Positions 17,137 to 19,033 of a stretch of DNA of 19,033 nucleotides are shown one piece after another. The DNA lies in NCBI GenBank assembly GCA_964652335.1, contig CAZZDL010000015.1, positions 1-19,033 of the forward strand, read 5' to 3'. This DNA comes from Candidatus Micrarchaeota archaeon (GTDB lineage: Archaea; B1Sed10-29; WALL01; WAMD01). The stretch's first letter is position 1, and the number at the start of each line of letters is the position of its first letter. A program made the translations under genes and the position numbers. Under the pieces are notes generated by a model. The model was not told the origin of the DNA and made no database searches. It was given only the letters and a program-made list of their open reading frames with translations.

Positions 17137-17646
17137 ATGCCGAAGAAGAATATAAACCATACAGGTTCCGAGGCATGGATGGAAGAATACAAAAAATATC
17201 TAGGAAACTATGCAGAGGGATTTGAAGAGCATAGCAAGGACATAGCATACGACTTAGAGAAGTTCCATGATCCTGTGATAGTAGGAGCCATGATTCACAG
17301 ACTAATACAGGAGAGGAAGAAATCAAATGCAATGTTCCAGGCGATCCTAGAGGAGCTAAAGACAATCAGATCGCTCCTGGAGTCCGTTTCCCATCCCCCC
17401 TCCCCATCCCCCCACACGCCCGTCACCTCGGGAATAACTCCAGGTGTTAGCGAGGTGGACAAGCAGATATTAGACTTGGTGAAGGACAGAGGCAGTGTAA
17501 CTGCCGATGAGGTCCGGAAGATTCTAGGCTACAAAGGCAGGAACGCCGCTTCTGCCAGGCTGAATCGCCTTTGGGAGTTAGGACTGTTGACAAAGAAAAG
17601 AGCAGGAAGAAAGGTTTACTACTCCGCAAGGGTGGGCGCAGACTAG
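17137..17646 (+). CDS. Winged-helix (ArsR/TrmB-like) DNA-binding protein with N-terminal helical/coiled-coil region
   Basis: C-terminal SEVDKQILDLV...VTADEV...AASARLNRLWELGLL.K.RAGRKVYY has a wHTH pattern; Pro/Ser/Thr-rich linker. Confidence 0.8.
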   Translation: MPKKNINHTGSEAWMEEYKKYLGNYAEGFEEHSKDIAYDLEKFHDPVIVGAMIHRLIQERKKSNAMFQAILEELKTIRSLLESVSHPPSPSPHTPVTSGITPGVSEVDKQILDLVKDRGSVTADEVRKILGYKGRNAASARLNRLWELGLLTKKRAGRKVYYSARVGAD

Positions 17647-17689
17647 TTCTCACTGGTCATGCCACCCCCTCCCCTCCGCGCGCCCACCC
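17630..17689. repeat. GC-rich inverted repeat / structured element
   Basis: GGGTGGGCGC (17630-39) and GCGCCCACCC (17680-89) form a perfect 10-bp inverted repeat enclosing the hairpin GACTAGT-TCTC-ACTGGTC. Confidence 0.6.
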
Positions 17690-17757
17690 ATTACACGTAA
17701 ATAGCCTCGCTGAAAGACTTTTAAACTACTTAGTCGTTATTTTCTTTGGTGATACTC

Positions 17758-18510
17758 ATGGTTGAAAGGGTGAAGACAGGTATACCTGGTTTGGACGAGC
17801 TGGTTGAAGGAGGATTGCCAAAGGGAAGAAGCGTATTGGTGTCTGGTGGATGTGGTACTGGTAAGTCAATAATGGGTGTCCAGTATTTGTATTACGGAGC
17901 CACCCAGTTGAATGAACCTGGCGTTTATGTTACAGTGGATGAGAGGGCTGATCTTATAAGAGAGGATATGCTTAGGTTTGGTTGGGATTTGAAAGCCTTA
18001 GAAGATGATGGGAAGTTTATTATTCTAGACTTGTCAGCTCCAAAGATAGGCGTTCCAAGCACAGAGCAGTATTATGTAGAGGCCCATGAGCTTGAGCCTG
18101 AGAAATTGCTGATAAAGATAATGCAAGCCGCTAGGAGCATAGGGGCAAAGAGACTAGTTCTAGATTCCATCCCAGCGTTAGGCATGCATTTTGAATCTGA
18201 GACAAAGGTAAGGGAGTTCATACTTAAGCTTACTTATTATTTGAGGCATACAGGGTTGACTTCTATACTTATATCGGAGATTCCAGAGGGAGGAAAGGAG
18301 CTAGTGAAGTTCTCCAAGTACGGCGTGGAGGAATACGTGGTTGATGGTGTGATAGTTCTTAGGTATACAACGATACCTCTTGTGGAGGGGACACACAGGA
18401 TATTATTCATAAGGAAGATGAGGGCTACAAAGCATTATGAGGGAATGATCCCATTGAAGATAACCTCTGAAGGGATTGTTTTGATGAAGGAAGCCGATAT
18501 ATTGCCTTGA
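17758..18510 (+). CDS. Single-domain KaiC-like / RAD55 family RecA-superfamily ATPase
   Basis: RVKTGIPGLDEL, Walker A GGCGTGKS, RLVLDSI, EEYVVDGVI and IRKMRATKH motifs; GGTGAT SD before ATG 17758. Confidence 0.9.
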   Translation: MVERVKTGIPGLDELVEGGLPKGRSVLVSGGCGTGKSIMGVQYLYYGATQLNEPGVYVTVDERADLIREDMLRFGWDLKALEDDGKFIILDLSAPKIGVPSTEQYYVEAHELEPEKLLIKIMQAARSIGAKRLVLDSIPALGMHFESETKVREFILKLTYYLRHTGLTSILISEIPEGGKELVKFSKYGVEEYVVDGVIVLRYTTIPLVEGTHRILFIRKMRATKHYEGMIPLKITSEGIVLMKEADILP

Positions 18511-18519
18511 GGGGCTTGT

Positions 18520-18957
18520 ATGATGAAAGGGCAGATAACAATTGAATATGTCCTTATACTAGTAATAGTCCTTACAATAGTTTCTCTAGTGTCTATCCCT
18601 CTGATAAACTATGCAGAGGATTCAATTAAAGATGTGGGTTATGGTGTTCTCCTTGCCAACAAGATATCCAAGATCTTAGACGCCATTCATACTGTAAGTG
18701 TATCTGGATGTGGGTCTAGAAAGGTTTTGGTTATTCCTTCTGGATTTTCTGATTTGGGGGCTGGGATAGTGATAAACAGCGAGAATATTACTGGGTATTA
18801 TTATTTGCAGAATGGATCTTTGGTTTATCAGAAGGCTTATTCATATCCTGATTATATTAGCATTTCCTGCTCAGTGTCAGACGAAGGGGTTAGGTTTGTA
18901 ATTGAGAGAGACTGCTCCACAAAGAGGCCTAATAATAACTGTGAGGTAGGAGTATGA
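18520..18957 (+). CDS. Class III signal peptide-containing (archaeal type IV pilin-like) protein
   Basis: MMKG|QITIEY followed by a hydrophobic helix (KG-Q-x-x-x-E pattern); C-terminal Cys residues. Confidence 0.85.
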   Translation: MMKGQITIEYVLILVIVLTIVSLVSIPLINYAEDSIKDVGYGVLLANKISKILDAIHTVSVSGCGSRKVLVIPSGFSDLGAGIVINSENITGYYYLQNGSLVYQKAYSYPDYISISCSVSDEGVRFVIERDCSTKRPNNNCEVGV

Positions 18958-19033
18958 GGGAAGAATATGAGCGAGCTGAAGGCGAGGCGAAGCCGAGCCT
19001 GAAGCGAGCCAAGGGGAAGGGACAGACGGCGTT
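18954..19033 (+). CDS. 5' fragment of a second class III signal peptide protein (runs off the window)
   Basis: ATGA overlap with the previous stop; translates MREEYERAEGEAKPSLKRAKGKG|QTA(L/F). Not in the ORF track because it is truncated. Confidence 0.6.
   Translation, partial: MREEYERAEGEAKPSLKRAKGKGQTA
18971..19009 (+). repeat. 39-nt imperfect palindrome: hairpin with three tandem G.A pairs and a GAA triloop
   Basis: GCGAGCTGAAGGCGAGGC-GAA-GCCGAGCCTGAAGCGAGC: all 18 stem positions are Watson-Crick (12) or tandem GA/GA (6). Confidence 0.75.

Noticed and set aside
17412..17426. CCACACGCCCGTCAC resembling the conserved 16S rRNA 1400 region
   Set aside because: Short imperfect match with no other rRNA sequence nearby.
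17510..17520. AGGTCCGGAAG resembling the SRP RNA helix 8 motif
   Set aside because: The following (G)AGCAG half and flanking helix are missing, and it lies within the wHTH coding region.
17630..17689. Archaeal SECIS element
   Set aside because: No GAA/A internal-loop motif is evident and no in-frame UGA selenoprotein lies nearby; MbhL uses Cys at all ligand positions.

Overview
Compact, AT-rich archaeal chromosomal segment. Evidence for an archaeal origin: TATA-box promoters, leaderless or GGTGA-type Shine-Dalgarno starts, a tRNA without encoded CCA, and class III signal peptides. A DPANN/Micrarchaeota-like source is plausible but only inferred. Contents in order: tRNA-Glu(TTC); a basic hypothetical protein; a UPF0104/flippase-like membrane protein; a complete 14-gene Mrp-Mbh membrane-bound [NiFe]-hydrogenase operon (mbhA-N); maturation genes hycI, hypB, hypA, hypC and an unusual HypC-domain fusion protein; a radical SAM (RaSEA-like)/ArcS-motif fusion for archaeosine synthesis, divergent from a catalytically atypical amidinotransferase-fold gene; a hypothetical gene; PEP synthase; a winged-helix regulator with repeated operator-like motifs; a single-domain KaiC/RAD55 ATPase; and the start of a class III signal-peptide (pilin-like) gene cluster. 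Most notable: the RaSEA-ArcS fusion, the complementary HypC/HypC-like pair, and a 39-nt in-frame hairpin built with tandem G.A pairs in a prepilin-like leader.
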